Positions 10,290 to 19,997 are shown, counted from the stretch's first letter. The stretch: DNA of 64,000 bases from Thermoplasmata archaeon (GCA_052326305.1 JBKQPJ010000019.1:15517-79516), one strand, 5' to 3'. Program-made: numbers and translations. The notes: a model not told the origin generated them from the letters alone.

Positions 10290-10309
10290 TATTTAAGGTC
10301 GTATTTAAA
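10290..10309 (-). promoter_or_regulatory. Tandem TATA boxes of the tbp operon
   Basis: Minus-strand TTTAAATA (10309-10302) and CTTAAATA (10297-10290), 42 and 30 nt upstream of the start codon. Confidence 0.7.
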
Positions 10310-10415
10310 GAATCGCGGGTCCCCTTCCCGGCGGGCGACCCTCCGGGGCGTCCCGGAGGGACCACATCCGTCCTCGTCAGGATTCTCGCGCGGAAGAGGA
10401 TCGGAAGGAGGCCTG

Positions 10416-10425
10416 TTAAGTATAT
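10416..10425 (+). promoter_or_regulatory. TATA box for the surface protein gene
   Basis: TTAAGTATAT in GC-rich context, about 30 nt upstream of ATG 10452. Confidence 0.55.
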
Positions 10426-10451
10426 CTCGAGGGGCCCCTTTCGAAGGCGAT

Positions 10452-12656
10452 ATGGCCGCCCTGACTGCCGGTCGGAAAGTCGTTCTCGCCTCGGTGATCC
10501 TCTCCCTCGTCCTTGTGGTCTCCTCGAGCCTCGTGGCGGCGAGCCCCCTGATGTCCCACCCCCACGCCGCGACGGCGGCGGGCGCGCACGGACCGAACTG
10601 GGGCCCGAAGGGTCCCACGTATTCCGTCACATTCCAGGAATCGGGGCTGCCCGACGGGACGAACTGGTCCGTTCAGCTCGTCGGGCCGTCGGCCGAGTGG
10701 GGCTTCTTCTACAATGACTCCGCGAACACCTCGATCGGATTCGCGCTTCCGAACGGAACGTACGACTTCGCGGTCGCGAGCCTCGGCCGCCCGTACGTCG
10801 CGAGCCCGGCCTCGGGTAACGTCACGGTCAACGGAGCTTCGGCCACCGTGGGCGTGGTCTTCACGGCCCTTCCTCTGGAAACCCTGACCTTCAGCGAGAC
10901 CGGCTTGCCCAGCGGAGCGTTCTGGTCGGTCGACCTCGAGTCCAACACGACCCCACCGTTCTGGAACGACACCTTCAGCCCGCTCTGCTTCGGCCAGACG
11001 TACTGGAACGGCTCGTTCACCAGCACCGTCTCGTTCGTGGTCCCGAACGGGAGCTACAGTTTCGCGATCGGGAACGTGACCCAAGGGAGCGCGCTCTACG
11101 TGCCGACGCCTTCGTCCGGCAACGTCACGGTCCCGGGTTCCGCCGTCACAGTGGAGATCTCCTTCGCAACGGTCTCGCTCTTCGCGCTGACGTTCGTTGA
11201 GACCGGCCTTCCGAACGGAACGTTCTGGTTCGCCGATATCTCGAACGATACGGCCGGCTGGTTCTTCAACAGCTCGGAGAACTCGACGATCGGCTTCACC
11301 GTACCGAACGGGACGTACAACTTCAGCGTTGGGTCCACCTTCTTCGGCTCCTTCCCGACACCGTTCTGCCCGAACGGCTCGGGGAACGGGTCGAACGACG
11401 GCGGGCAGTACGTGGCCACCCCGGCCTCCGGGGTCGTTACGGTGGACGGAGCCGGAGTGACGGTCGACATTACGTTCGCCCCCATCGCCTACCAGACCGT
11501 GAACTTCGTCGAAACCGGTCTTCCGAACGGCACCTTCTGGTCAGTCCAGCTCTGGGGATTCCCGGACGGGTGGGGCTGGGGCGGTCACGGAGGCGGGAAC
11601 TCATCGCCCCTGTGCCTCGGAACCGGCAACTGGAACGGCTCTTCGAACTCCACGATCGGGTTCACGGTGCCCTCGGGAACCTACGACTTCTCGATCGGGA
11701 ACGTGACGGGCAACGGCAGCCTCTTCGTGCCGACCCCGGCCGCCGGCAACGTCACGCTGAACGGATCGAACGTGACGGTGGACGTGACGTTCTCGCACGT
11801 CGCTCTCTTCAACCTGAGCTTCGTGGAGACCGGCCTTCCCAACGGGACCTTCTGGTACGTGCAGATCTGGAACGCCACCGCGGGCGGGTTCTTCAACGGC
11901 TCGGGCAGCTCGACCGTCTCCTTCGAGGTTCCGAACGGGACGTACAGTTTCACCGTCGGCACCCCCCAGTTCTATCCGTTCCCGGCGACGGCGGCCCCCC
12001 TCTGCGGGAACGGGTCGACGTACGGCGGGGGCTACGCGGCCACGCCCGCTGCCGGTGCCGTGACCGTGAACGGGGCGAGCGTCACGGTCGACATCACCTT
12101 CGCCCCGGTCACCTTCTACACGGTGACCTTCGAGGAGTCCGGCCTTCCGAGCCACAGCTTCTGGTGGGTCAACCTCGACTCCGGCTACGGGTGGGCCCAC
12201 ACCGGGGTCTCCGCGCTCTGGGGGGGCTCGGGGAACGGCGCGACCGGCTGGACCTGGAACCTCACCACCCTCGAGTTCCGCCTCCCGAACGGTACCTACA
12301 ACTTCACGGTCGACAATGTGACGGCGAACGGCACGGTCTACGTGCCCACCCCCTCCTCGGGCACCGTCACGGTCAGCGGTGCGAACGTGACCGTGAGCGT
12401 CTCCTTCGCCGCGGGCGGCGACCCGCCGGCGGGGGGCCACCCGGCCGACCAGGGCCCCCGGGCGGGCGCGACCGTCCCGACGCTGGGCTCGAGCGCCATG
12501 ATCGGAGCCGGGGTGGCCCTGCTTGCGATCCTCCTCGGCGGCATCCTCCTCATCTGGCAACGCAGGTCCGCGCGGTCGAAGGCAACGGTCGGTGGGACCG
12601 CGCCCCAAGGGGCCCCCCCCGGCACCTCCGAGACCTCGGACCCCGCCTCCAAGTAG
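10452..12656 (+). CDS. Cell-surface glycoprotein built of six thermopsin-associated beta-sandwich repeats
   Basis: N-terminal signal/TM, six TFxE(T/S)GLPxGxxWxV...NGTY repeats, many N-x-S/T sequons, and a C-terminal TM with a basic WQRR tail. Confidence 0.9.
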   Translation: MAALTAGRKVVLASVILSLVLVVSSSLVAASPLMSHPHAATAAGAHGPNWGPKGPTYSVTFQESGLPDGTNWSVQLVGPSAEWGFFYNDSANTSIGFALPNGTYDFAVASLGRPYVASPASGNVTVNGASATVGVVFTALPLETLTFSETGLPSGAFWSVDLESNTTPPFWNDTFSPLCFGQTYWNGSFTSTVSFVVPNGSYSFAIGNVTQGSALYVPTPSSGNVTVPGSAVTVEISFATVSLFALTFVETGLPNGTFWFADISNDTAGWFFNSSENSTIGFTVPNGTYNFSVGSTFFGSFPTPFCPNGSGNGSNDGGQYVATPASGVVTVDGAGVTVDITFAPIAYQTVNFVETGLPNGTFWSVQLWGFPDGWGWGGHGGGNSSPLCLGTGNWNGSSNSTIGFTVPSGTYDFSIGNVTGNGSLFVPTPAAGNVTLNGSNVTVDVTFSHVALFNLSFVETGLPNGTFWYVQIWNATAGGFFNGSGSSTVSFEVPNGTYSFTVGTPQFYPFPATAAPLCGNGSTYGGGYAATPAAGAVTVNGASVTVDITFAPVTFYTVTFEESGLPSHSFWWVNLDSGYGWAHTGVSALWGGSGNGATGWTWNLTTLEFRLPNGTYNFTVDNVTANGTVYVPTPSSGTVTVSGANVTVSVSFAAGGDPPAGGHPADQGPRAGATVPTLGSSAMIGAGVALLAILLGGILLIWQRRSARSKATVGGTAPQGAPPGTSETSDPASK

Positions 12657-13028
12657 GGACGCGCCGGATCGCCGGGCCTCGGCCCCCTACCGGATCGGCT
12701 CCGGGTCCGTTCCGGCGATCGCTCGGAGACCCGACGCTCGCCGGCCTCGTTCCCTCCTCCGGAGCATTAGTGAGGTTCCCGGGTCACCCCCGGAGATAGG
12801 ATACGAGCGTCGGCGCTTCGAGTCCGGATCCTCCGCCGCGGAGTTCGATCTCGGCCGTGGTCTCGTAGGGGCCGCCTCGGGCGACGGAATCCCTCGGCGG
12901 CCCGAGCGAACGGATGTTTCCCTGGTGGTCGGGGGGGACGAACCGATAGGATCGAGCATCCCTCGGTCGGCGGCGGGCGACCCAAACACGTAAGCAGGAG
13001 GGGACCCCTTCGAAGGGCAAGGAACGGT

Positions 13029-14170
13029 ATGCCGAATCCCCTGGCGACGCCACAGAGCGGCCCGGGCTACCCCCGAACCGCTCGACTACCCCTGGCCCCG
13101 GCGCCCCCCCGAGCGGGCTTTCCTCCGGCGCGAAGGTCGTGATCGTCGTGATCCTCGCCGCCGGGATCTCTCCCACCTACTCCTTCCAGTTCGGGAAGGT
13201 CACCGGCAACGTCAGTTGCCCGGTCACCGACGCCTACGGGAAGAACTTCACCGCGCCCGCCCGGACCGGCAACTACTCGAGGGGCGAGGCGACGCTCTGG
13301 GTATTCCTCTACTACAACAGCTCGGCGGTCACCGAGAGCGTGATCGCGGCCCTCGGATCGACGGCGTACTTCCTCGGAACGGAGTCGGGGGCCTCGTGCA
13401 TGGGAACTCTTGCGCTCCCGAGGATCCCGAGCGGCTTCATCGATAGCACCACGGCGGCCGCCGACGCGGATCGCGATGCCGGATCCTTCCTGCACGCCCA
13501 CGCGCCGGCCAACGCGGTCTACTTCCTGATCGACCACACCACGATCGGCCCGGAGTGGGGCGGGGTCTACTCGAACTGCTCGTACAACCCCGCGACCAAC
13601 ACCACCCGCGGCGGCACGAAGGGGGACGTCTACCTGGCCGAGCTGAACGGGCTCAGCGGCACCGTGATCTCTTCCGAGGACCTCGCCGGCGACGCCAAGC
13701 GCACCGCGCTGGCGGGCTCCGTCCACGTCGGACCCCCGTCGTACGCTCTCGGCATGCCGGAGTTCGAAGCCTCCGGTTCCGGCGCCAACTGGAACACCGA
13801 CCTCACCCTCTTCCCCACCAGCGGCCTCACTTCGGGGATGTTCGGGTTCCGGCTGGTGAACGCGGTCGATGATGTGACGCAGACGCCGGCGACCGTGCCC
13901 ACGGCCTGCGCGTACGGCGCCCTCGCCTCCGACTGCGTCGCGGGGACCGGAGGGTACGCGGTCGTGGTCGGCTTCTCCGGGACCGTGCGGGCGACGTACG
14001 GGAATGGCACGCCCGGATGGGGCGATCTCGCCCCGACGACGGTCAGCCTCGCGCTCACCCGCGCGGACACGCTCGTCATCGTCTCGAACACGCAGATTGC
14101 GGGGAATGGCGAGACCCTGGCCGCGTTCCCGACCGGGGCGAACCCGGTCTCGGGCGCTGCGCATCTGTAG
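13029..14170 (+). pseudogene. Membrane-anchored extracellular protein with an apparent 1-nt frameshift at a C5 run (pseudogene or assembly indel)
   Basis: ATG 13029 reads MPNPLATPQSGPGYP. Adding one C at 13070-13074 joins it to PNRSTTPGPGAPPSGLSSGAKVVIVVIL... and the 13139..14170 ORF. Shares IDSTTAA and other motifs with 18885..19997. Confidence 0.6.
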
Positions 14171-14392
14171 CGGGGCGAGATCCGTGACGACGCCGGGCCT
14201 CCTCCTTCCGAGATCGGTGCCTTCCCCCCAGGGAAGGTCGCGGCCCGATCGGCGGCGGAGGGGCCCGGACGGGTTCGCGACGGAGCCCGGGGGACGCTGG
14301 CGCGGGGAGCGAGGCGCCTCGGTCCGCCCGCGTTCCCCTCGAACCCCATCACTTAAAGGCGCGGCGGGAAGCTCCCGGGGCGCGGGATAGAA

Positions 14393-15163
14393 TTGATGGC
14401 CGAGCGGTCCGACCCCCGGAAACCGCGCTACTCTCCCGCGTGGAACGGGGCGCAGTACCCGGACCCCCCTCCGATCGACGATACTCCCGATCGCCTCCTC
14501 CCCATCGGCCCGATCGGCCGCTTTCCGCTCGCCGAGGCCGCCCGTCCGGGGCCGCCCCGCGTATTCTTCGAGGCCACGGCGTCCGGCCCGTCCGACGCTC
14601 GTGCCCCCGCGCCCCTTCCCCCGACCCCGCCCCAGGGGCTCTACGACCTCCCCGCCCTGCTGGCACGGATCTGGTCGGTTCCCGCCGCGAAGCAGTCGAC
14701 GAGCGGGTCGTACATCTCCCGTCCTGAGCCGGTCCCGCCCGGCCGCCCGAACCTCGGGCCCGACCTCTCGATCCCCGAGCGCCAGGAGGTTCCCCCCGCG
14801 CCCTTCGCCAGCTGGCCGGCGTACCATCACCCCGACGACCCCTCCCTGCCGCTGGCGGCGGTTCCCTCGCTCACGCTCTCCCTCCCGGGCCATGCCGACT
14901 CGGGCTCCTCCACCCCACCGTTCGACCGGCGGCGGGAGGAGCCGACGTTCAGCCCCGCCACCCAGTACGTCGCCTGGAGACATCCGCCGTGCCGACTTGC
15001 CTACGATCTGTTCTTCCCGAGGGGGATGCGCTGCCTCCGGGGCCTGCCCGCCGGCGCCCAGCCCGGGTACTTCCCGGTCGCGGGCCGGGCGGAGTGGGTC
15101 CGGCGGGATCTTCTCATGCGGCCCGCGACGCCCGGATCGAGCCTCGAACGAACCGAATCCTAG
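14393..15163 (+). CDS. Proline-rich hypothetical protein
   Basis: 256-aa ORF with GC3-biased codons and CTTAAAG about 40 nt upstream. No recognisable domain. Confidence 0.4.
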   Translation: MMAERSDPRKPRYSPAWNGAQYPDPPPIDDTPDRLLPIGPIGRFPLAEAARPGPPRVFFEATASGPSDARAPAPLPPTPPQGLYDLPALLARIWSVPAAKQSTSGSYISRPEPVPPGRPNLGPDLSIPERQEVPPAPFASWPAYHHPDDPSLPLAAVPSLTLSLPGHADSGSSTPPFDRRREEPTFSPATQYVAWRHPPCRLAYDLFFPRGMRCLRGLPAGAQPGYFPVAGRAEWVRRDLLMRPATPGSSLERTES

Positions 15164-15253
15164 GCGACCGGGACGCCCGACGCGGCCCTGGGGCCGTAAG
15201 GTGCCGCGGGCCGCTCCGTTCGCATTATCATCTCCAAGGACGGTGCCGACCGA

Positions 15254-16099
15254 ATGAAGGCCGTCGACCAACGGCGCATGAACGTCAATCGCCGGAAGTG
15301 GGACGAGAGCGTCCCCCTCCATTTCGCGGCGCCCTCGTACGACGTCCCCTCCTTCCTCCGCGGCCGATCGACCCTCGAGCCCCTCGAGGTCCGGGAGATG
15401 GGGCCGGTGCGCGGCAAGACGCTCCTCCACCTCCAGTGCCATTTCGGCCTCGACACGCTCTCCTGGGCGCGGCGCGGGGCGACGGTCACGGGCGTCGATT
15501 TCTCCCTCCCCGCGATCCGGGCGGCGCGTCGGCTCGCGCGGCAGGCCGGCCTCGCGGCCCGGTTCGTCCGTTCGAACGTCTACGACCTGCCCGAGGTCCT
15601 CGAGGGAACCTTCGACATCGTCTACACGGCGAAGGGGGCGACCTGCTGGCTCCCCGACCTCGGCCGTTGGGCGGAGGTCGTCGCCCGATACCTCCGACCG
15701 GGAGGAAGGTTCTACCTGCTCGAGGACCATCCGGTCGCCGAGATCTTCCCGAACGACACCGGGGTGACCCGCCTCGAGCCGAAGGTCCGCTACCTCGATC
15801 CCCGCGCGCTCCGGGAAGAGTACGACGGGACCTATGCGACCGACGTGAAGATGAAGCACCGGGTGACCTATTCCTGGATTCACCCGGTGGGGGAGATGCT
15901 CTCGTCCCTCATCTCGGCCGGGCTCGACATCGAGTCGGTCCGGGAGTATCCGTACAGCTACTGGCGCCGGTATCCGTTCATGACCCGGGACCGTCAAGGG
16001 TACTGGCACCTCGCGGCGGAGGAGGGCCTCGTGCCGCTGATGTGGTCCGTCACCGCCCGTCGCCGGCCGGGAGCTCCTCTCGGCACCTCCCGAGCGTAG
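15254..16099 (+). CDS. Class I SAM-dependent methyltransferase
   Basis: LLHLQCHFGLDT, TGVDFS, FDIVYT, WLPDL and GGRFYLLEDHP. Confidence 0.92.
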   Translation: MKAVDQRRMNVNRRKWDESVPLHFAAPSYDVPSFLRGRSTLEPLEVREMGPVRGKTLLHLQCHFGLDTLSWARRGATVTGVDFSLPAIRAARRLARQAGLAARFVRSNVYDLPEVLEGTFDIVYTAKGATCWLPDLGRWAEVVARYLRPGGRFYLLEDHPVAEIFPNDTGVTRLEPKVRYLDPRALREEYDGTYATDVKMKHRVTYSWIHPVGEMLSSLISAGLDIESVREYPYSYWRRYPFMTRDRQGYWHLAAEEGLVPLMWSVTARRRPGAPLGTSRA

Positions 16100-16213
16100 G
16101 TCGCGGCCGCCGGCCGCTCCACTCCCCCGTGGGACGGAAGGCGGGGACCGACCGGGCCGAGGTGCGACCCGGGGGCGTCGCGGGGAACCCCCGGAGAACG
16201 GGGACGTCCCTTC

Positions 16214-17131
16214 CTAGGAACGGTTGGGTCGACGACGCGGCGTGAGCAAGGTCAGTCCCACGACGATCAGGGCGAACCCCGCGAGCTCCCACCAGTGGAA
16301 CGGTTCGGCGAAGATCAGCGAGCCGATCGCCAGCGCAGCGACCGGATTGACGTAGGCGACGACGTTGGCCCGGCCGGGGCCGACGTGGTGGTGGAGGTAG
16401 AAGTAGAGGGCGTACCCCGCGACCGAGGGCAGCGCGACGAGGTACGCGAGCGCGAGGAGCACGCCGGGCGAGAGCGGAAGGGCGGCGCGCGGCTCGAGGA
16501 GCGGCATCAGGACGGCGAGGAGGACGGTCGCCGTCGCGAACTGGACCGACACGCCCCAGAGCGTCTCCCCTTCCGGGCGCCGCTTCCGCAAGAGGACGGA
16601 GCCGGCGGCGAAGCTCGCTGCCGCTCCCAGAACGGCGATCGGCCCCCAGACGCTGCTGGCGAGCATCACGCCGGGGGGAGGCGCGACGAGCACGGCCACG
16701 CCCACGAAGCCGACGAGGAGACCGATGATCCCGGCCCGGTGGAGCGACTCCTGCGGCAGGAGGGGGAGCGCGATCAGCGCCGTAAGCAAGGGGGTCGCGC
16801 CGATCAGGATCGACGCGAGACCCCCGGTGGTGATCGCCTCTCCCAGGTACAGCAGCAGCCCGTACACTCCGACGATCGGTAGGCCGAGGACCGCGGAGAT
16901 GCCGAGCTGCCGGGCGTCGGGCCTCGGCACCGAGGTGGCGGCCGCGACGCCCGCGATCGCCAACGCGGTGAGCCCGTACCGGGCCGCTGCGTACGCGATC
17001 GGGGACGCGCCCGCGACGATGCCGTACCGAATGACGGGGTAGGCCGATCCCCAGATGAGCCCGAGGATGACGAGCAGCAGCAGGCCCCTTCCGGGGCTGG
17101 GCGCTCCGGACTCGTGCGGGCTTTCTCCCAT
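16214..17131 (-). CDS. EamA/DMT family transporter
   Basis: LIWGSAYP, about 10 TM helices, YVNPVAALAIG and FAEPF. Confidence 0.9.
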   Translation of the reverse strand: MGESPHESGAPSPGRGLLLLVILGLIWGSAYPVIRYGIVAGASPIAYAAARYGLTALAIAGVAAATSVPRPDARQLGISAVLGLPIVGVYGLLLYLGEAITTGGLASILIGATPLLTALIALPLLPQESLHRAGIIGLLVGFVGVAVLVAPPPGVMLASSVWGPIAVLGAAASFAAGSVLLRKRRPEGETLWGVSVQFATATVLLAVLMPLLEPRAALPLSPGVLLALAYLVALPSVAGYALYFYLHHHVGPGRANVVAYVNPVAALAIGSLIFAEPFHWWELAGFALIVVGLTLLTPRRRPNRS

Positions 17132-17670
17132 CGACCGATCCCTCGCGTAGAGGCTGCCCGGGGCGTTGCGGGGCCCCGAGTAGATAACGGGTCCCCCGTC
17201 GGTACCGGCTGGGGGACCGCCACGGATACCTCGAGCCTTCCCGGGGTGCCCGATGCCTGGGGGATCGCAGAAGATCCAGTCGCTCCCGGAGGGGGGCCGA
17301 TCTCGGCCGGCGCGATCTTCACTGGGATCAACGGGGGGCTGTTGCGACAGCCGCGACGCCGCGTGGTTCCGGTCTAACCTCTTCCTCCAGGAGGGCGAGC
17401 AGCCTCCCCTCCGACCTCGGAGCTGCCGAGCTCGACCCCCGAAGCAAGGGAGATCCCCCGCTCTCGGCATCGCCGAGGACGCCGGGCGATGCGCCCTCGC
17501 TCGGTTCGGGACGGCGCGTCGGCGGACCACTCGAAGGCCCCAGGAACGGAACGATTCCTACGGAGGTCGCCCCCCCGACCGTCCTACGGCTCGGGACGCT
17601 CCCGGCCGTCGCCCTCGCCCTTATGATACCCCCCGGGGTGGGCTTCCGCCCGAGACGAGAGGGTACGATC

Positions 17671-17796
17671 ATGACACCGACCCCACGGAAACGCCCGTCG
17701 GCCGCCGGCAAGAAGCAGCACAAGAAGAATCGGCAGCGAAGGATCGCGGCCCGTCGTCGCCAGGTACCCTTCGGCGGGAACCGGGCCCGGCGCTGA
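17671..17796 (+). CDS. Small, highly basic 41-aa protein
   Basis: MTPTPRKRPSAAGKKQHKKNRQRRIAARRRQVPFGGNRARR. GAGAGGGT SD-like element and TTATGATA at 17621. Absent from the ORF track. Confidence 0.5.
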   Translation: MTPTPRKRPSAAGKKQHKKNRQRRIAARRRQVPFGGNRARR

Positions 17797-17817
17797 CGAC
17801 CCGCCGTCTCCGGGGCC

Positions 17818-18510
17818 GTGGGACCCGTCGGGGCCCCGAGGGGCCTTAGGCGGACTCGGGCCTACGTACGCGTGCGCGGACGCAACCGTTCCGTTCGGGT
17901 CAAGGTCGTTCGGTCCGCCGGTGAGGTCACGGTCGCGCGTCGGTTGATCCGTACCTACGGCCGATCCCTCGGGGTCGATCTCGGGTTCCAACAGTTTGAC
18001 CGCGAGCTCCGAGATCTCCCGGGGGAGTACCGACCTCCGAGCGGCGAACTATGGCTCGCCTGGAGGGGGGATCGTGCCGTCGGGTGCGTGGCCCTTCGAT
18101 CGCTCGACCGACGGCGCGGGGAGATGAAGCGTCTGTACGTTCTCCCCAGCGAACGGGGTCGGGGGCTGGGTCGTCGGCTCGCCCGAATCGTCGTGCGCTC
18201 GGCGGCCCGCCGAGGCTACCGATGGGTCTACCTCGACACCCTCGCCACGATGACCCCGGCCCTCGGCCTATACGCCGACCTGGGGTTCCGCCGGATCGGG
18301 CCGTACCGACCGAATCCGATTCCCGGGAGCCGGTTCCTTCGGCTCCGCCTCGATCGACCTCGGCCCCGACCCTCCGGACCGGAACGCACCTCGAAGGCGG
18401 AGTCCCGATCCCGCCGGAAGGACCGGCTCCGTTCTACGCCGGTCGCCGGCTCTGCCCGCTCAGGGGGTGGGCGGAACCGAGGAAGGGACCTCCCCGTCCG
18501 CGCCACATAG
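17818..18510 (+). CDS. GNAT N-acetyltransferase (start uncertain)
   Basis: DLGFQQFDRELRDLPGEY, GEMKRLYV...RGRGLGRRL, LDTL and ALGLYADLGF. Confidence 0.88.
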   Translation: MGPVGAPRGLRRTRAYVRVRGRNRSVRVKVVRSAGEVTVARRLIRTYGRSLGVDLGFQQFDRELRDLPGEYRPPSGELWLAWRGDRAVGCVALRSLDRRRGEMKRLYVLPSERGRGLGRRLARIVVRSAARRGYRWVYLDTLATMTPALGLYADLGFRRIGPYRPNPIPGSRFLRLRLDRPRPRPSGPERTSKAESRSRRKDRLRSTPVAGSARSGGGRNRGRDLPVRAT

Positions 18511-18884
18511 GCCCCGTACGCCGGCCCGGAGCCCTGCGGCGAGCCGCACCTCCTGGGAGTAAGGTCCGCCGGCCACGCTGCTCACTCCCTCGAGGGGGAC
18601 CGGGACCCGAGTGGCTCGGAGATCTGGCGGTAACTTTCCGCCCCGACCCGGTTCCGAAGTGGAACCCGTCGACCCGCCCTTCGCCCAGCGCCGGGCTGGA
18701 CCCCGCGCCTTCCGCGGTGTCCCCCCGCAAGCATAGTCTCAAACGACACTAAGCCATCCGCTCCGGGTATGACGTCCGCCCTTCCCGAGGCGGCCCTTCT
18801 TCCCGGAGGCGAGGATGCCCTCGCTCCCGCCCGGCTCCTCAGAACTGCGGCCGGGTTCGCTGACCGATCCCCGAGGTCCTCTCG

Positions 18885-19997
18885 ATGAACGCGCGGCGAC
18901 CTGCGTTCGTCGTTTGCCCCGCCTGCCAGCTCCCGAACCCCGTAGGGCCGCTCCAATGCTGGAAGTGTGGTCGCCCCCTTCCCTCGGTGGCCCCCGCGGC
19001 CTCGCCTCTCTCGCCTGTCGGTGCTCCGGCGCCCCCTACCGGCCCACCCGTCCGCACGTGGCCTTCCTTGTCGCAAGCCCTTGCCGGTCCCGCGCCCGCC
19101 GCCACGACACCGGTCGTGCCGCCGTCGCTCTTCCTCCGTCCGCCGTCCGCGCCACCGCCCTACGGCGTCCCACCGCCCGCCGCCCCGCCGCCCGTTGGTA
19201 TGACGCCGCCCGCCGCGCCGCCGATCTACGATCTCGGGTTCTCGCCACCGCAAAAGAGCAGAAGACTCCTCTACGTGGTGGTGTCCGTCCTCGCGGTGGT
19301 GGCGGTAGCCGTCATTCTCGTCCTGGCGAGCGGAGTGATTTCCCCGCCCGGTTCGTCGCCGGGGGTCACGTTTGGGAGTCCTCTGCGCTCCAGTCAGGCC
19401 ATCAGCGCCGGAAACACCGCCAAGGCGTTCGCGGAGGACGGGCCATGGACACTGTATTCGATCATCGGCGTGGGTACCGACCGTAGCTCGTCGAGCGGCT
19501 CGACGGCGCAGTCCCTGGGGGAGCAGGGCTGCACGACGGTATGGGCCACGTCGACAAGTTCCGTCGTCCCGGCCACCGCTTCCGGCGCCCCGGCGGGTCA
19601 GGTGGCGTGGTGGGTCCTGGGCTACGACAACGCGGCGGGCGACCTCCTCCTGAGCCTGGCTACGAACCTTTCGGGCACGGTTCAGGTCTCGAACCTGGTC
19701 ATCCTCTCCGGATCCTGCACCAGCGTCTTCACGAAGTTCGGCCCCATTCCCGCCTCGGTCATCGATTCTACGACCGCGGCCTCCACGGCGAATACCGCGG
19801 GAGGCTCGGCCTTCCTCTCGGATTATCCCGGCTCGACCGTGGACATGGAGATGATCGGGGAGTACTGGGTGATCCTCTACAGTACGTGCGGGTACTACGG
19901 CTCCGGAGGCACGGGGACGGAGTTCGAGTTCGGGATCTATGACACGAACGGCACGGCGCTTCCCGGAGGCGGAACGTCTCCGACGTCCTGCTCGTAG
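18885..19997 (+). CDS. Zinc-ribbon / Pro-rich linker / single TM / extracellular-domain protein
   Basis: CPACQLPN...CWKCG, Pro-rich tract, TM LLYVVVSVLAVVAVAVILVL, and an S/T/G-rich ectodomain with four Cys. Confidence 0.85.
   Translation: MNARRPAFVVCPACQLPNPVGPLQCWKCGRPLPSVAPAASPLSPVGAPAPPTGPPVRTWPSLSQALAGPAPAATTPVVPPSLFLRPPSAPPPYGVPPPAAPPPVGMTPPAAPPIYDLGFSPPQKSRRLLYVVVSVLAVVAVAVILVLASGVISPPGSSPGVTFGSPLRSSQAISAGNTAKAFAEDGPWTLYSIIGVGTDRSSSSGSTAQSLGEQGCTTVWATSTSSVVPATASGAPAGQVAWWVLGYDNAAGDLLLSLATNLSGTVQVSNLVILSGSCTSVFTKFGPIPASVIDSTTAASTANTAGGSAFLSDYPGSTVDMEMIGEYWVILYSTCGYYGSGGTGTEFEFGIYDTNGTALPGGGTSPTSCS

Noticed and set aside
10600-12420. DNA repeats (GAGACCGGCCTTCC.AACGG) suggesting a CRISPR or DGR array
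   Set aside because: They are the codons of in-frame protein repeats spaced about 300 nt apart. No cas or reverse transcriptase genes are nearby.
13006-13017. Recurring palindrome CCCTTCGAAGGG (variants at 10437, 32660 and 61506) as a shared operator
   Set aside because: TCGA/TTCGAA is very frequent in this sequence, and the copies sit in inconsistent positions (upstream of genes versus between convergent genes).
17200-17560. Possible isochorismatase-like relic (IFTGINGG / CCDSRDAAWFR) or structured RNA
   Set aside because: The resemblance needs frameshifts and covers only a few residues, so it cannot be supported.
18510-18880. Several short hairpins (GGCGG/CCGCC, GGTTCC/GGAACC) as an ncRNA or riboswitch
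   Set aside because: Stems of 5-6 bp are expected by chance at this GC content. No clear promoter or known motif.
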